From Haliotis cracherodii (taxonomy: Eukaryota): DNA of 64,000 bases. The notes beneath the pieces were generated by a model, which was given only the letters and a program-made list of their open reading frames with translations, did no database searches and was not told the origin of the DNA. A program made the position numbers and the translations under genes. Of the stretch, positions 17,479 to 38,294 are shown in pieces. The stretch spans positions 12,028,001 to 12,092,000 of the forward strand of contig NW_027266268.1 of NCBI RefSeq assembly GCF_022045235.1, in the 5' to 3' direction. Position 1 is the first letter of the stretch. The number at the start of each line of letters is the position of its first letter.

Positions 17479-18451
17479 GCTAAAGAGGGGAATGTCCGAA
17501 TGACTCTCCATACATTACAAATGATGGACCCGAGGTCCGATATTATAAGGAATGGATAGTAACACGTACATTCTCCTACTTGTATTACGGACGTGTGATA
17601 TCATTCTGTTGTTAAAACGCACCATTTGTTTTCACAAATGAACAGTTAGTTGTTAAATATTCATTTTATTGAACCAACATTTCAGTTAAATTACACTTCG
17701 AATTAGCAGAACTATATCTTTTTAATTTTTACACTAATGTGGATGATTTTAAAGTCGGAAAATGTCGGAAAACATGTGTCGCCCCCGACCAAGAACTGTA
17801 TTATTTGATGACGTGTAAAAGGTCATAGCGACACATGGCTATGGCAGTACGGTGTAAAATGAACTATTAAATATTTTCAGATTTATATATAACTTTGTGT
17901 TACATCAGTTCACCTAAAACGATGTTTATGTTAAAACAATTGAATAAACCTTTGACTAGAAACACTAAAAATCTGATAAACATATGAATCCTTATTCATG
18001 GCACTATATATCCTATAGTCCCTGTCAGCATCCTTTTAAAATTGTAACCGATTGAAAAGAAACTCGATTGGTACTCCACGAAACTTTTAAGAGACGCGTA
18101 CCATGTAGTGTAGAGATCATCTCGCAAAGGAGCAACAGTACCCGAAAACAGAGTGCACGTGCGTCACACAGTATAAATACAGGTTACAGAGAGTTCTGGT
18201 GTTTTTCAAATATTTCAACCAGAGAATGCTTTGTCGTGGTGTAAATGTTGAGATGTGTTTTATAAATTATTGTTAGTGTTCTGCCAGTTTCTAAATTCAA
18301 GTTCATGACAACAATCGATACCCTTTACTCGCCTGATCACATCTTTTTGCCACTGGGCACATGCAGACAGATCTTGAAAGGATCTAACTCATATTAGGCT
18401 ACTATAATAATAAATGTAGAGATTCGGAAGAAACGGACACCTGGCAAGGTC

Positions 18452-18610
18452 GCTAATCTGTTGGTTATACAACGACGATTACAAGGGATTAAGATTACAT
18501 TTGTTGGTAGTTACCTGCAACGCAACCGTCAGCCAATCAGCAAGAGGACTAGATCCTGGCGATGATATATAAACAGCTGCCTTCTTGTTTTGGTCAGCAA
18601 CAACTCAAGT
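18452..18610 (+). promoter_or_regulatory. Proximal promoter of tubulin copy 3
   Basis: GGATTAAGATTA at 18486, GTTGGTAGTTAC at 18503, CCAAT at 18533, TATATAAA at 18566. Confidence 0.72.
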
Positions 18611-18653
18611 GCAATAAGGATTTCCTCTCACCTTCCTTCCTCCAACATTCAAC

Positions 18654-21078
<2,425 letters not shown>

Positions 21079-21294
21079 AATACTGGTCCTCAAATAAACA
21101 AACGGAAATAAATCTTTAAAGAAATGTTCTTTTAAATGTTTTTTGTTAGACACTTTCCAGAAGTACCTTACTCTTCCGAAACAATCATGGTTCTTTACAT
21201 TTCAACGCAGTATGAAGGATAGCCAATCACGTGAGGAAGGTCGAAACAATCCCGATACGGTTGACTGTGATAACCAACGTCTGGTTATAAGCAG

Positions 21295-21523
21295 TTTATT
21301 TGTTTATTGTTTAACGTCATACTCAGCTTATTCCAGCTATATGACGGCGGTCTGTAAAGAATCGAGTCTGGACCAGACAATCCAGTGATTGATATCATGA
21401 GCATCAATCTACCAATTGGGATATGCACCAACCAAGTAAGCGAGTATGACCACCCGATCCCGTTAGTCGCCTCTTGCGGCAAGCATGGTTGCTGAAGACC
21501 TATTCTAACCCGGATCTTCACTG
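21295..21523 (-). mobile_element. SINE-like family B
   Basis: Collinear with the 13741 and 36688 copies. Confidence 0.8.
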
Positions 21524-24500
21524 GTCTCGCATGCAGTATGCGGATGGGGTAATACAAATAACACTGATACTACTACAACTACTACAACTCCTATCACCAC
21601 GACCCCAAACACTACCATCAGCTCCACCACCACAACTAATACAACTACCGAGTCCATATATAATGCACCATTCCTCTCAAGCGAATATTCATGGCGCTAC
21701 ATTTTGTATTAATAAAACCGATGAAACGCTTTCCGTATTGATAAGAAATATCCGTCAAAAGCAGAGTCGACTGCACGATTCCGACGATACAATAAGCATG
21801 TGTTTAAGAATCACTGACAAATAGTGATGATACCCTGGTCAATGGATCAATGCACTCGATTTTTATTTCAACTCCCTTAGGGGTATACACCCCAAGCTGC
21901 CCGTGATTGGGTGCTAGGGGGTTAACAGTCACATTACCATCTCATCTTGTTGCTTCATGCTTTCATTATATCCGCCTGTAAATAAATATGTTTTGGGCCA
22001 GGCTAATTAATCAGTTGCTGATAGTATAAATAAACTGCCAAGGAATTGTCCATCCATTGCAAATACCACTGGTCGGATGGCGTTATATCGATACAGAGAT
22101 CTACGAAAGATATGGGATATGACTGAGGATCAATGAATGTGTGTCTGACTTTTAAATAGTTACATGTACATAAAAAATCGATCACGTTGTCCGTCAAAGA
22201 CTGGTCATGATACACTACTCAATTAAAATACTGTTCTTCATTAGCTTTGTAAAACAAGGGTACACACGTACGTTATGTATCACCTGTGTTCCAGACTAGA
22301 CATGTAAGCTTCTGTGGGATGTTGGGTCAGAATTGGTCCCCAATAATCTATGCTTGTTGTAAGAACCAACTGAACTGGATGAGGTAGTCAAGCTCAGTGA
22401 ATTTTGCATGGCATCGTACTACAACGAAATGATACTTTTCTCATAACATCAACCGGTTGTTTTCATGGTTTTGTCACAGATATGTACATGTCGCCATTCA
22501 ATTTCTGGAATGTTATGTTTGTTGATTCAAATACCATTTTCGCATCCCCAGACGTATACAACAAGTTATTTATTATCTTTGACAATCAATAATTCGTTTA
22601 ATTCGGTTATTGCACAGATAAAATATATTTACGGAGTTGTAGCTGGTAATGAATACGTTTAAATGCAATACGTCTGCAAATACATGTAACTGTTTAAATT
22701 AGTGTTTCAAACTGTGGTAATTCATACCGATTCTAAAATCCAATACGAGCGCAAATATATTTAAAAAACTATAAATAAAACTATGAAAGAACTTTACTAT
22801 ATTTAATTGAGATCTCTGATGTCTGTTGAGCTAATGTTCTTCACATTGTGCCTGTGTTGTTATTCTGAATCAAAATATCAACGCCAGGGGAGAATCAGTC
22901 TAAAGCCGTTTCCCTCACATGAGATCTGGGCGTGTGATGATTTCGAATTTGAATTTGCTTTATATGATGCAAAAACACAGCGAAACATAGCGAAATAGCC
23001 AGCTGTCAAATCAATGGCCACATGAATCTCGCGTGGAACTGTTGTCCACTTGAATATTTCCGATCACACCATTACTTCACAAGAAGAGCTGAATGTGAAG
23101 ATTAACTGTGCAGCGCTTGATACAGCTATATATGAACGATGCCATAGAATATCTTAAAGTAATATTAAAAATATTAAAAAGTATTAATGACAACAGAACT
23201 GTTTTATGGTTATCCTTCCAAAACGACGTTTTAGTAGACACGCCAGGACCTTTATCAAGCAAGTTATCATACACATGGATACCCAACTAACACAAACATT
23301 GGTGACAAATTATGAGAGTGGATAACGCCTGGAGAGGCCTGAAACGACTGAACTGAATGACACTCAGGCCACAGTCGGTGGCACAACAGAATATATCAAT
23401 GCAATTTGAAATATACTGTACACTCAAAATATATGTACATATCTGTGGTGACAAATATACATACACGAAATACATACAGAACATAGAGTAATAATGTGTT
23501 TACCTTACGTACAATTTATTCTATTATTTCATTCCATCACTGGGACAACGTCCTTCGTGTTCCTAAATTTGAGTTAACAATTTTTCATTTGGTTGAACAT
23601 GTAAATATTTATGAACAGAACATTGTACTATCATTTCCAAATGCTTGACATGCATGTAGATAGTGTAATTCATCTCCGACTTCATTGAGATTGCATTTCC
23701 GATTAAATAGGGCGCTATTTTTCCATCTCCCGGTATCAGTCACAAGGTAATTTGAGTGCAATATGTAACTACAGTGTGCAGTTTCATCCGCTGTCACAAC
23801 TATTTGTTGTTATCCGTGTATCGCGTCACGTCATCTCCGTGCGCTGGGATTTAATCGAAAATACTAAATTGTTCCCTAAAATTCTTGAAAAAAAAAAATT
23901 ATGCTTCATATAGTTGAAAAACAAAAAATTCCTGTCACCATAATGACATTGATGCAATGCGGTTTTATTACAGAAAAAAAAGTACTTTGGCTGATAATTT
24001 TATTTTTGTTAAAAACGCATCTATTTGCCGACTGTAGCTTTAAAAATATCTTGCCTCAATATAAGATCCCACCCCCTCCCTAAATATCAAATGGTCTCTA
24101 CCTTAAACTTTATCAGGGGTGGATGAATATCGTTCATTACTTCTGTAAAGTTGAAAACAGGACAGAGTTCCCTCCTTTGCATATATTTGTTAATTATGTG
24201 TTCATCGGCTTCTTTCTATACATCAAAGCAACAAAACTCTTTTCACATTTATTAGTCATAAGAGTCCATTGTGCGATTTCGACTATATCATAAGGATGTG
24301 TGTTGTGATTCACTGTCAAATACTAATGATACCAGGTGTTCGTGAAAAGGTGAGCGTATCCATCGGTGGCACCAGCCACAAACACATACTAAAGCAAGTC
24401 AATAATTATTATTGTTTACCTGGGATAAAAACACGAGACCATATGGTACAAGTCAAAATAGGCAGATACGTTTTTGACACTGATGCGTCAAATTTTGAAA

Positions 24501-25296
24501 GGTCTTCGATGTCTCCACCATAAAACTTTCTGAAGCCTTTTTAAAGCTTGACTAAAGCCTTCCATGTTGTAACCCTGATCAAAGGAAAGTTGACTATGGG
24601 GAAGTTGAAGTCATCCCTTTTGCATGGATATTATTTTATCCCTGTGAAGCTTTATGCACAGATCTAAATGTGAAACAGGCGAGGTGGTAACAGACATACA
24701 AACAGAAAGACAGACACTGTATAACATAATTTACCATGCATTATGCCTAGATCTAAACGCGAAACATATTAAGTTATTTCAGTGTCCCGTTTATTCTAAC
24801 TAAGCTGGATAAATCAGTGGAAGGGAAAGACATGCAATTAATATAACAATTTACCATCCATCCATTCATACATTCATACTTCATACATTTCATACATACA
24901 GACAGAGAGACATGTATTTCAATTGAGTCTCACTTTGTGTATACACTTGTATTTACAGTACATGTAACATAATATTTTATAATACATAAGTGACATACGA
25001 AATATAACAGGTTTGTAAAATATGAAAACAGGTCTTAGCTTATGTTAAACACATTAATTGTTCTGAAAGCGGTAAATTATAAAATGATGCGTTTATGTAC
25101 AATACACGTTGAAACAGTTAAAAACGTAAATAGTCATAAATCAGACAACACATTAATTAATTACCACACTCAATGAGTGAATGTGCACTACAAAAACACC
25201 AATTAGGACATTTTACACACTTTAATTAATTATAGAGAAAGTCAACAGTGTTTGAACAATGACAATATGTGATGATCAGAGTAATGACCCAAAATC

Positions 25297-25445
25297 GGAT
25301 TATTCAACGACGACCAGAGCGGATTAAGATTACAATGTTGTTAGTAACACACACCAAGGCAACCACCTGCCAATCAGTAACAAGAATACAACACGAGTTG
25401 TATAAAAGCAGTCCCCATCTCGTTCTGGTCAGTAACACATCAAGT
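25297..25445 (+). promoter_or_regulatory. Proximal promoter of tubulin copy 4
   Basis: GGATTA at 25297 and 25321, GTTGTTAGTAAC at 25337, GGCAAC at 25358, CCAAT at 25370, TATAAAA at 25401. Confidence 0.72.
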
Positions 25446-25495
25446 CTGCTACAGTAATAAGGACTTCTCTTTCCTTCCTTCCTCCAACATTCAAC

Positions 25496-27975
<2,480 letters not shown>

Positions 27976-29010
27976 AAAACTGGTCCTCAAATGTATATTC
28001 AGAAATAAATCTTCACAAAAATATGTTTCCTTTATATGCTTTATTGTAAACCACATCAGTTGTTATAACAACACATCTTAGAAATGCGTAAAAGAATGAG
28101 TTGACATGCTACAGTAAGGATAGAATCACGTCCTTTTTCAAACAACCGCTTCCATGGTTTAGTGGTAGAGCCTCCGCCAGGAGAGCGGAAGCTCCGGGGT
28201 ACGTTCCCCGTCCGCGTCATACCAGAAACAAGCACCTGCTCGGAATATACTGTGTCTGAGTGCGTCAAACTGCGGCATGGTATCTCAGTGTGCTTTAAAT
28301 CAGCGTCAGTCCGGACTAGCAGCCACACACACGGGTGCATGCACGTCGCTATATTAGTGCAATGATCTTGTACGCGACGTTAAACCCCATTTCACCTCAC
28401 CTCGCCTATTTCAAACAACCTCTTTAATATTGGAGACCATGTGTGGCTAGAATACCAACCTATGGTCCCGACTAATATGTGGATGGGAGAATAATGCTTG
28501 TCCACGCAATAATACATCCAAAACTTTGAAAGGCACTTAGAAGTTGTACACATAAGGAAGAGAATTTGTGGATGTCAACTTCATTGTTTAGAAGTTGTAA
28601 TCCATAAATTTTCTTCCTTAATAAATAAGTCCGTCCGCAAATAATAAGTTCTGGACCAGGCAAACCTGTGGCTGATAGCATAAGCAACGAGAATGTTCAT
28701 CTATTGCCAACATGCTTGGTCAAATAGTGATATATCGATGACCAGTTATAGTTACTATAAATAGGTGACATCGATACTGTGCTTTATAATTTAGGAGCAA
28801 TTGCTGTGTATGTGGCTGTTACATCGTTAAATGAAATTCATCAGTCAGTTGTCAAGGACTACACAATATACACAATACATTACTCTTCATGACTAGCCAT
28901 GTCAAGCATGGGTGAACATGAATGTTACACCAACATTCCACGAGACTAGATGTGTTAGCTATGTGGAGATACAGGGGTAGAGTTGGTCCTGATTAACCTA
29001 TGTCGGTCCA

Positions 29011-29500
29011 ATCTCATTAAAATCAGATCTGAGTGCGGGCTACCGCTAAACAAAGATCTAAGGACATTCTATTTCGGGTCACGTCAGACTGACCTTTCGC
29101 GAACTGTGACCCGCCAATGGAATAACTGACAAGATCCCGACATTAGCCAATAAGAATGCAGCCTTCTCGTGCTTTGCGGCGACTGCGCTTCGAAACATAT
29201 TTTGACAAGTTATCGTTTACAAATTTGAAAACTGAACAGCAGAACATTCTGGAACGGCTAATTGATGGCCCAGATTGTATGGGTTCAGTCATAAAGCCCG
29301 TAACTGTCGTTCGGAATACCCCGTGCTAAATTGTTCGAGGTTGCATGATTAGGAACAAACTCTCCGACTGTCACTTTCATGATCTGGTAATCGACGCTCT
29401 GATTGGTCGGATGTAAGGTCGTTCTAACGTGACCAGTAATGGGATGTCCTCAGATCTTTGTTTAGCTGTAGCAAGAACTAAGATCAAATGTTAATGGGAT
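29011..29500. mobile_element. MITE-like element with degenerate inverted termini of about 78 bp
   Basis: gctaccgctaaacaaagatctaaggacat..ggtcacgtcaga versus tctaacgtgacc..atgtcctcagatctttgtttagctgtagc. Confidence 0.75.
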
Positions 29501-29744
29501 CGTACATTTCCTGGAATGTCGTGATCTCGATTTCAAACAGCATTAAGCAATCCTTTGATGTGTAAAGGAGGTTAAAGGTTTGAGACAACCACAAAAACGT
29601 TTCATCCTCCTATTGCGCAGTCAAAATTTGTGTATAGAGATAAACACAAGAGTAGATAATTAATCATTTCTGTAATGAAATATGTCTACACGTAGTTTAT
29701 TGTGCAATTCTGAATATAATATCATAATCATGTGCTTAAGAAAC

Positions 29745-30075
29745 ACTGTCAAATTGTGATGAAACAGATGTTCACGAAACACTGCTGGCACCCGACACAA
29801 ACACAATCAAAGGCAAGTCAGTTATTCACATTTACAAGTCAAAATCAGTCAGCATTTTTGTCACTGTTGCGTCAAATTTTGAAATGTCTTCCACATGTCT
29901 ATCATAACACTTTTTTGAAAGATATACAAATGCCTTGAATGTTGTAACCCTGATCAAACAACTTTCAAGCAACACTGATATGACACTCTTTGAAATCTTG
30001 GTAACATAAGGGTAAAATGTAGACACTGAAGGCTGGAACTGCTGGAATATTGCTCGACGTAAAGGGAACTTGGAC
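29745..30075 (-). mobile_element. Penelope-like retroelement RT C-terminal relic; related fragments near 370-530, 1240-1513 plus 3592-3800, 16440-16580, 21700-21840, 24230-24610, 37690-37810, 38768-39040, 49835-50090, 50345-50480, 51870-52000
   Basis: Degenerate translations KFP/SSNIPAVPAFSVYI, LFDQGYNIQG../CYDRHVEDISKFD, NFPFMSRNIHGAPAF (near 3750-3790) and FKSYGRLVENISKYD (near 50040-50090) resemble the FPFLSSNIP..PAYGVY and QGY..FKKFYGRH motifs of Penelope-like RTs. Most copies share gatgataccaggtgttcgcgaaaa. Confidence 0.65.
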
Positions 30076-31110
30076 TACTGATATTCAACAATCCGTGTCA
30101 TTGCGAAAACGTTATTTACGGTTAAACAAAAGCGTATTATTAACACCTTATAGCCAAACGATCAGTGTATGCTATTCATATTAAAGAAACTGTGGTGTGA
30201 GTATCATGCTCCCACCAAACGCGCATCCAAATCGTGCGTCGTGTGCACATTGTGAAATACGACCTTAAATTTGAGGAGATTGCAATTGTGTCATTTCTAA
30301 ATAAATGTATTTTTTATTGAACTCTATATGAAGTACGGTTTCATTTTTCACTTCTTACAGTTCTTATACGTTCTTACAATTTTACAAAGATACCAACAAC
30401 GTATCTTGGCAAGTTTAAGACGTGGTACTTTACAATACTCTGGACATTGAGATGGGAAGGTTCACTGAAACCTTAACGTTAGAGTACTAATTACATGTAT
30501 ATTATTTTGTTTTTGTTCTTCATCAATTATGACTACTATTCAGACTTAACACTAATAATTAGTAGTATCCCTCGTCGCTTCACTAATGTTATGTTGAAAA
30601 GTGACTTCTCCGTCAGAACACTAGTATGTGTGTACCATTAATAAAATTACATTTTTAAAATATTGTATCTGATTCCCTCTTGAAGTGGCTTTAATATATA
30701 TTATACTCCAAATAGGTGTCAGACTTATATATGTTCAAAGGCAACATAATGAAGCTGAGTGGGGAAAATTAATGATCCAGTCATCTCCATTGAGCCCTTA
30801 ATTAGGCGCTACTAGATGTGTATGTGTATCTTATGAATCCCAACCTGTTCATATTTTGGTATTTAAGCAGGCGTTCAAGGGTGATCGGCCAATACGTAGA
30901 TTCTATCTTTTGGTGATTTGCAATAGTATGCAAATACATTGATAAATGCTTGAGTGAGTAACAATATAAAGTTGTACGGCAATATCTTCTTTGTATGGCA
31001 ACGAAGTGAAAGTAAACGGTAACTTACCAATTATCAGACATCTTATACCGGGATTAGACAAGGTTGACTGCACTGGTAATTACTTGTTTACCTTAGTCTA
31101 AAGTGGAACA

Positions 31111-31276
31111 GGGGCGGTCGGGTAGCCTAGTGCTTAAAGCGTTCGCTCGACACGCCGAAGACCCGGGTTCGATTCCCGACATGGGTACAATGTGTGAAGC
31201 CCATTTCTGGTGTCCCCCGCCGTGATATTGCTGGAATATTGCTAAAAGCGGCGTAAAACCATACTCACTCACTCAC
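31111..31276 (+). mobile_element. SINE family A, full length and young
   Basis: Perfect 14-bp flanking duplication ctaaagtggaacag (31098-31111 and 31276-31289). Confidence 0.92.
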
Positions 31277-31860
31277 TAAAGTGGAACAGCCCCTCAGAAA
31301 CATCTAACCGAGGAAAGGGAGTTAACTGACTTTGAAAGTTCAGTTTCCACCATTGCCTCGGGAAGATGTAGACAAATGACCAAAATGAGTACCAAAATAT
31401 GAGTTATGTGGAGGATATGTTTATTATGTAATTATTTATATCAATAACAAATATAAACATAGCATAGAATATGTGTCATTAATGTTAGAGAATTTTGATA
31501 TTATCATAGCTAGCATATCATTATCAACATGATATCACTATGTATGCATAAAAAATCCGTCCATAGCAATTTCAATCATTTGATAAGAATGCAAATTAAA
31601 CTCTGACGTCAAACGAGTTTATTTTCCCATAGTTTTATAGTTCCATGTTCTAAATCACTCAAATAACTACTCCAAAGGTGTGTTTATATCACACAATCAA
31701 CCGGGCACAGATGAAACATAACTTATAAACACAATCATAATCTAGTTTATCTGTATCACAGATATAAGATATAAAGTTCGTAAAATATCTATATTTTCAG
31801 ATTGGTCATGACCAATCGCATAGCGATTTATGACAGACAATAACCATATACATGTATATA

Positions 31861-32005
31861 NNNNNNNNNNNNNNNNNNNNNNNNNNNNNNNNNNNNNNNN
31901 NNNNNNNNNNNNNNNNNNNNNNNNNNNNNNNNNNNNNNNNNNNNNNNNNNNNNNNNNNNNNNNNNNNNNNNNNNNNNNNNNNNNNNNNNNNNNNNNNNNN
32001 NNNNN
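31861..32005. other. Assembly gap
   Basis: Run of N. Confidence 1.
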
Positions 32006-32841
32006 CACACTTCTTATCTTATATATACAATAGCTCTTATTTTGAGTAAAATGTCATGTTCTCGCGATGTAAAGGGTGAGAGTTTTGTTTGAAAAAATAC
32101 ACACGTCCTTTCTGTTAAGGTCTTAAAACAACACATGGTTGTATAAATTTCTTTCTAGTATAGGTATGTGAAGGACATAACAATAAAACATGCATTTCAT
32201 CTTCGACGCAGTTAAAACAGATGTAACATGTTCTCTTTATTACCTACCTACCTACCTGTAACTTTACATACGTGCATGTGTGCCTACCTACATACCTGCA
32301 TACATTCCTACATACCTACATACATACTCTGAGCAAAATGAATACGAAACAAGAAGACTATGAACAACATACACGTATCTATAATAGAAAGGTAAATAAA
32401 GTTTTCATTGAATTTACCTATGTCTCAAAATGAAACTAAATTAATCTCTTGTCAGGTATAAAAATATTGAAGTACTCGATGCCATCATTGTGACTACGAT
32501 TTGTTCTATCTTACACTACTTGTGCTTAAAATGCACAGAAACATTTACATTTTTTTCCAAAACAAATACAAAAATACACGGTCTTGTCATCGATAAAATG
32601 TTAATCAAAATTTATTTTACAACTAATGCGTTGAACTAAACCAAAGTTCATACACAAACACACACGCATTCAGCTTGTGTGCGCTACAAAAACATAAATT
32701 AAGACACTGAAAAGACGCAAGACACTGAAACTAATTATATGAAAGGCAGTCTAATTTAATTGGCAACATTGTCTTGACAATGACAATAAGTGATGATTGA
32801 AGGAAAGATACATAAGGTTATTATCCAATGGCGACCCAGAA

Positions 32842-32970
32842 GGATTACGATTTACTATGTTGTTAGTTACACACGCCTGGGCAACCACCAGCCAATCAGA
32901 AACAAGGATACAACGCGAGTGGTCGTATAAAACAGCCTCTATTTCGTTCTGGTTAGCAACACATCAAGTC
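32842..32970 (+). promoter_or_regulatory. Proximal promoter of tubulin copy 5
   Basis: GGATTA at 32842, GTTGTTAGTTAC at 32859, GGCAAC at 32880, CCAAT at 32892, TATAAAA at 32926. Confidence 0.72.
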
Positions 32971-33019
32971 TTCTACAGTAACAAGGACTTCTCTTTCCTT
33001 CCTTCCTCCAACATTCAAC

Positions 33020-35535
<2,516 letters not shown>

Positions 35536-36687
35536 ATTCTTTATTGAATACATAAATAAATTTGAAACAATACCAAATATTTTGGATTTTTGCAATTATT
35601 ATATTTTATTGAACTAAAGAACCAGGTGAAATTATATTGTTACAGTTAACAATAAGATAACATAAAACTATTCTGCTTCAGGTATAAACCACATGCCTGA
35701 CGAATGCCCAGTTGAAAATAAAGCTTTGAAAATATCGATCTCCATTTGTGTAAATGTTGTAGCGATTACGGGAAATTGTAGACACTTCAAGAGTAACACA
35801 CATGGATGGGGAAAATACAGAGAAAAACGCAGCTCTTACCTAAGAAATGCCCAAACCTTTCGTTCAAGTAATCTGTTTAAAAGTGAGACAATATTAAAGC
35901 TCAGTTACCATCAGCTACTATGGCCCCAAGGTGAGGTCACCTGACGTGGGTGAGAGCGGGGATATTGGTTAGTCCCGCAGGCAACCATGAAAATTAGGAT
36001 GAATGTTGAGGCAATGCAGCTCATTTGGTTTTTATGAGGTTCAAATACTTCGAACTTTTGCCTTCAGTTCTATTTACTCGTTATTTTGGGTATATAAGGT
36101 CAAACTAGTCATAAATCATGGGTACAATGTGTGAAGCCAATTTCGAGTGTCCGTCGTGATTTTGCTGGAATGGTGCTAAAAGTGGCCTAAAACCATATAT
36201 ACTCTCACACTAGATATAAATACATCAAAAGAAATTTCACTTTCAAAGGACAATGTATTTGGAAACGAAAATGCAATGCCAATCACATCTTACATGAAAG
36301 AAATTCCAGTGAATTCATTACTTCTGATTGTGTATATTGTAATTGTGTCTTGGTGGGACTGATTTCAGGCCATCATATATTGTGAGGTTGAATTGGTTTC
36401 AGTGTCGTTAACATATGCACTACACAATAACTCCAATTACATATAAAGAATGACAGTATTGCAAGTATATGTATATGTAAATGTAAGTTTCTAACTGTCA
36501 CTGTCAGATGCAATATCAGGGCACCTCACTCACTGTTGTTATGTTATATTCAATTTGGCATTTGAATCGTGGGGATTTTAGGTAAGAATACACGTCCAAA
36601 GCAACCTATACTTGTCGTAAGAAGCTACCAATTGGATTGGCTGGTCAGACTTCTTGGTAACTTGTTTGATTGCATTTAATCGTTCAG

Positions 36688-36955
36688 TTTTTTTTTGTTT
36701 TTTTTTGTTTAACACAGCACTCTGCAATATTCATGCCTTATGACGGCAGTCTGTAAATAATTGAGTCATGACCAGACAATACAGTGATTGATATCATGAG
36801 CATCAATCCACGCAATCGGGATACGATGACATGTATCAACTAAGTCAGCGAGCCTGACCACCCGATCCCGTTAGTCGCCTCCTTCGACAAGCATAGTCAC
36901 CTTTTACAGCAAGCATGGGTTGCTGAAGACCTATTCTACCCTGGATCTTCACGGG
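36688..36955 (-). mobile_element. SINE-like family B nested in an older, oppositely oriented family B copy (about 36590-37065)
   Basis: 13-bp target-site duplication tttaatcgttcag at 36675-36687 and 36956-36968. Confidence 0.88.
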
Positions 36956-37435
36956 TTTAATCGTTCAGAATTGGGTGGCTCGTTAATTATGATATCAATC
37001 ACTGGATTGTGTGGTAACAGATCGCCGTCAAATAGCTGGACATTTGCTGAGTGCGATGTTAAGTACTAGATATACAATAATATACAATAAACACCATGTT
37101 CATGGTCCACACCCAATAGAGATCCCGGGACGGAACGAGAGTTGACTAATGACGGCTTTGTCTTGTATTGCCATGGCCACCTTCAAACAGATGCATCATG
37201 ATGTTAAACAGCATTTACTTATTTACTTCTGATTCTCTTTGAATAAGTATAAAATGAATCCCCGTTAATCCAGACGATACCGTTTTCACTGTAATCGTCC
37301 GGATAATCCATAACAAACCATGGTTTAGAGTTATGCCCTTCTAATCCGACATCGCATCTTCAAACAGATAATCCTGAAGGATGACTTGACAATTTAGGTA
37401 ACGAGTTCTCGTTACACATGGACTGTTTTTATTTC

Positions 37436-37643
37436 AGAATCCTATGATTGTGGGTTCGAATCCCGGTTCGCCCAAATTATGTTTCTAGGTTTGTCAGTAC
37501 CATGCCCGTACTCGTGGGTTTCACCGAAGTGGTAAACGTCTGAAACCTGCATCACTTCGGGCTTTCCTCCCACATTAAGCTGACACGCCGCGATATGACT
37601 GGAATACTGTTCAAAGCGGCGTTAAACCCAACTCACTCACTCA
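37436..37643 (+). mobile_element. SINE family D; related copies near 4135-4390, 9110-9275, 43540-43690 (-), 44420-44580, 57170-57325, 63890-63990
   Basis: B-box gggttcgaatccc, shared gggtttcaccgaagtggtaaacgtctga..ttcctcccac..actggaatactgttcaaagcggcgttaaac, ACTC tail. Confidence 0.75.
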
Positions 37644-38147
37644 AGCAAATACTTACTGCTCTATGCAGATTATATGAGTGGTGACCGCCCCCGGTAGAGA
37701 AGACCATGTTTGCCCTTTTCGTGAACACCTGCTGTCATCACTGATTTTCAGTAATCCGTTCATATAATTGTGTCTTTCACGTCCGATGGAATCTGTTTTG
37801 GTGAATAATCGAGAGTGATTATGTTTTGACGTTCCAAATAAATGACTATATATTCCACCTATGTGTTCTCTGCCCATCACGTTGTTACAGTATTATCTTT
37901 CTGTTGTCATTACTTACATACGCTATCCCAGTCAAGCATGCAATTGTTGTTACTGTTATTCTCTACTGTAAATCCCCCACCACTATATATATTCTGTACA
38001 ATGTTCCTCATTCAGTATTGCTTGACAACGGTATTAGGACTTAAACCGAAATGTCGTCTTTATCGTATTAAAGAAGTTGTTATCCATTAATTGTGTCTAC
38101 TTTGTAATGACTATATATACACGTTTTATATAAGATAGTTAAGTCAA

Positions 38148-38294
38148 NNNNNNNNNNNNNNNNNNNNNNNNNNNNNNNNNNNNNNNNNNNNNNNNNNNNN
38201 NNNNNNNNNNNNNNNNNNNNNNNNNNNNNNNNNNNNNNNNNNNNNNNNNNNNNNNNNNNNNNNNNNNNNNNNNNNNNNNNNNNNNNNNNNNNNN
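38148..38294. other. Assembly gap
   Basis: Run of N. Confidence 1.

Noticed and set aside
31111-31185. Possible tRNA genes (also 17313, 59063, 53772)
   Set aside because: They are SINE heads followed by body, tail and in some cases target-site duplications, with no proper acceptor stem.
31742-32049. ORFs containing X runs (also near 38144 and 53973)
   Set aside because: Artefacts of translating through assembly gaps.
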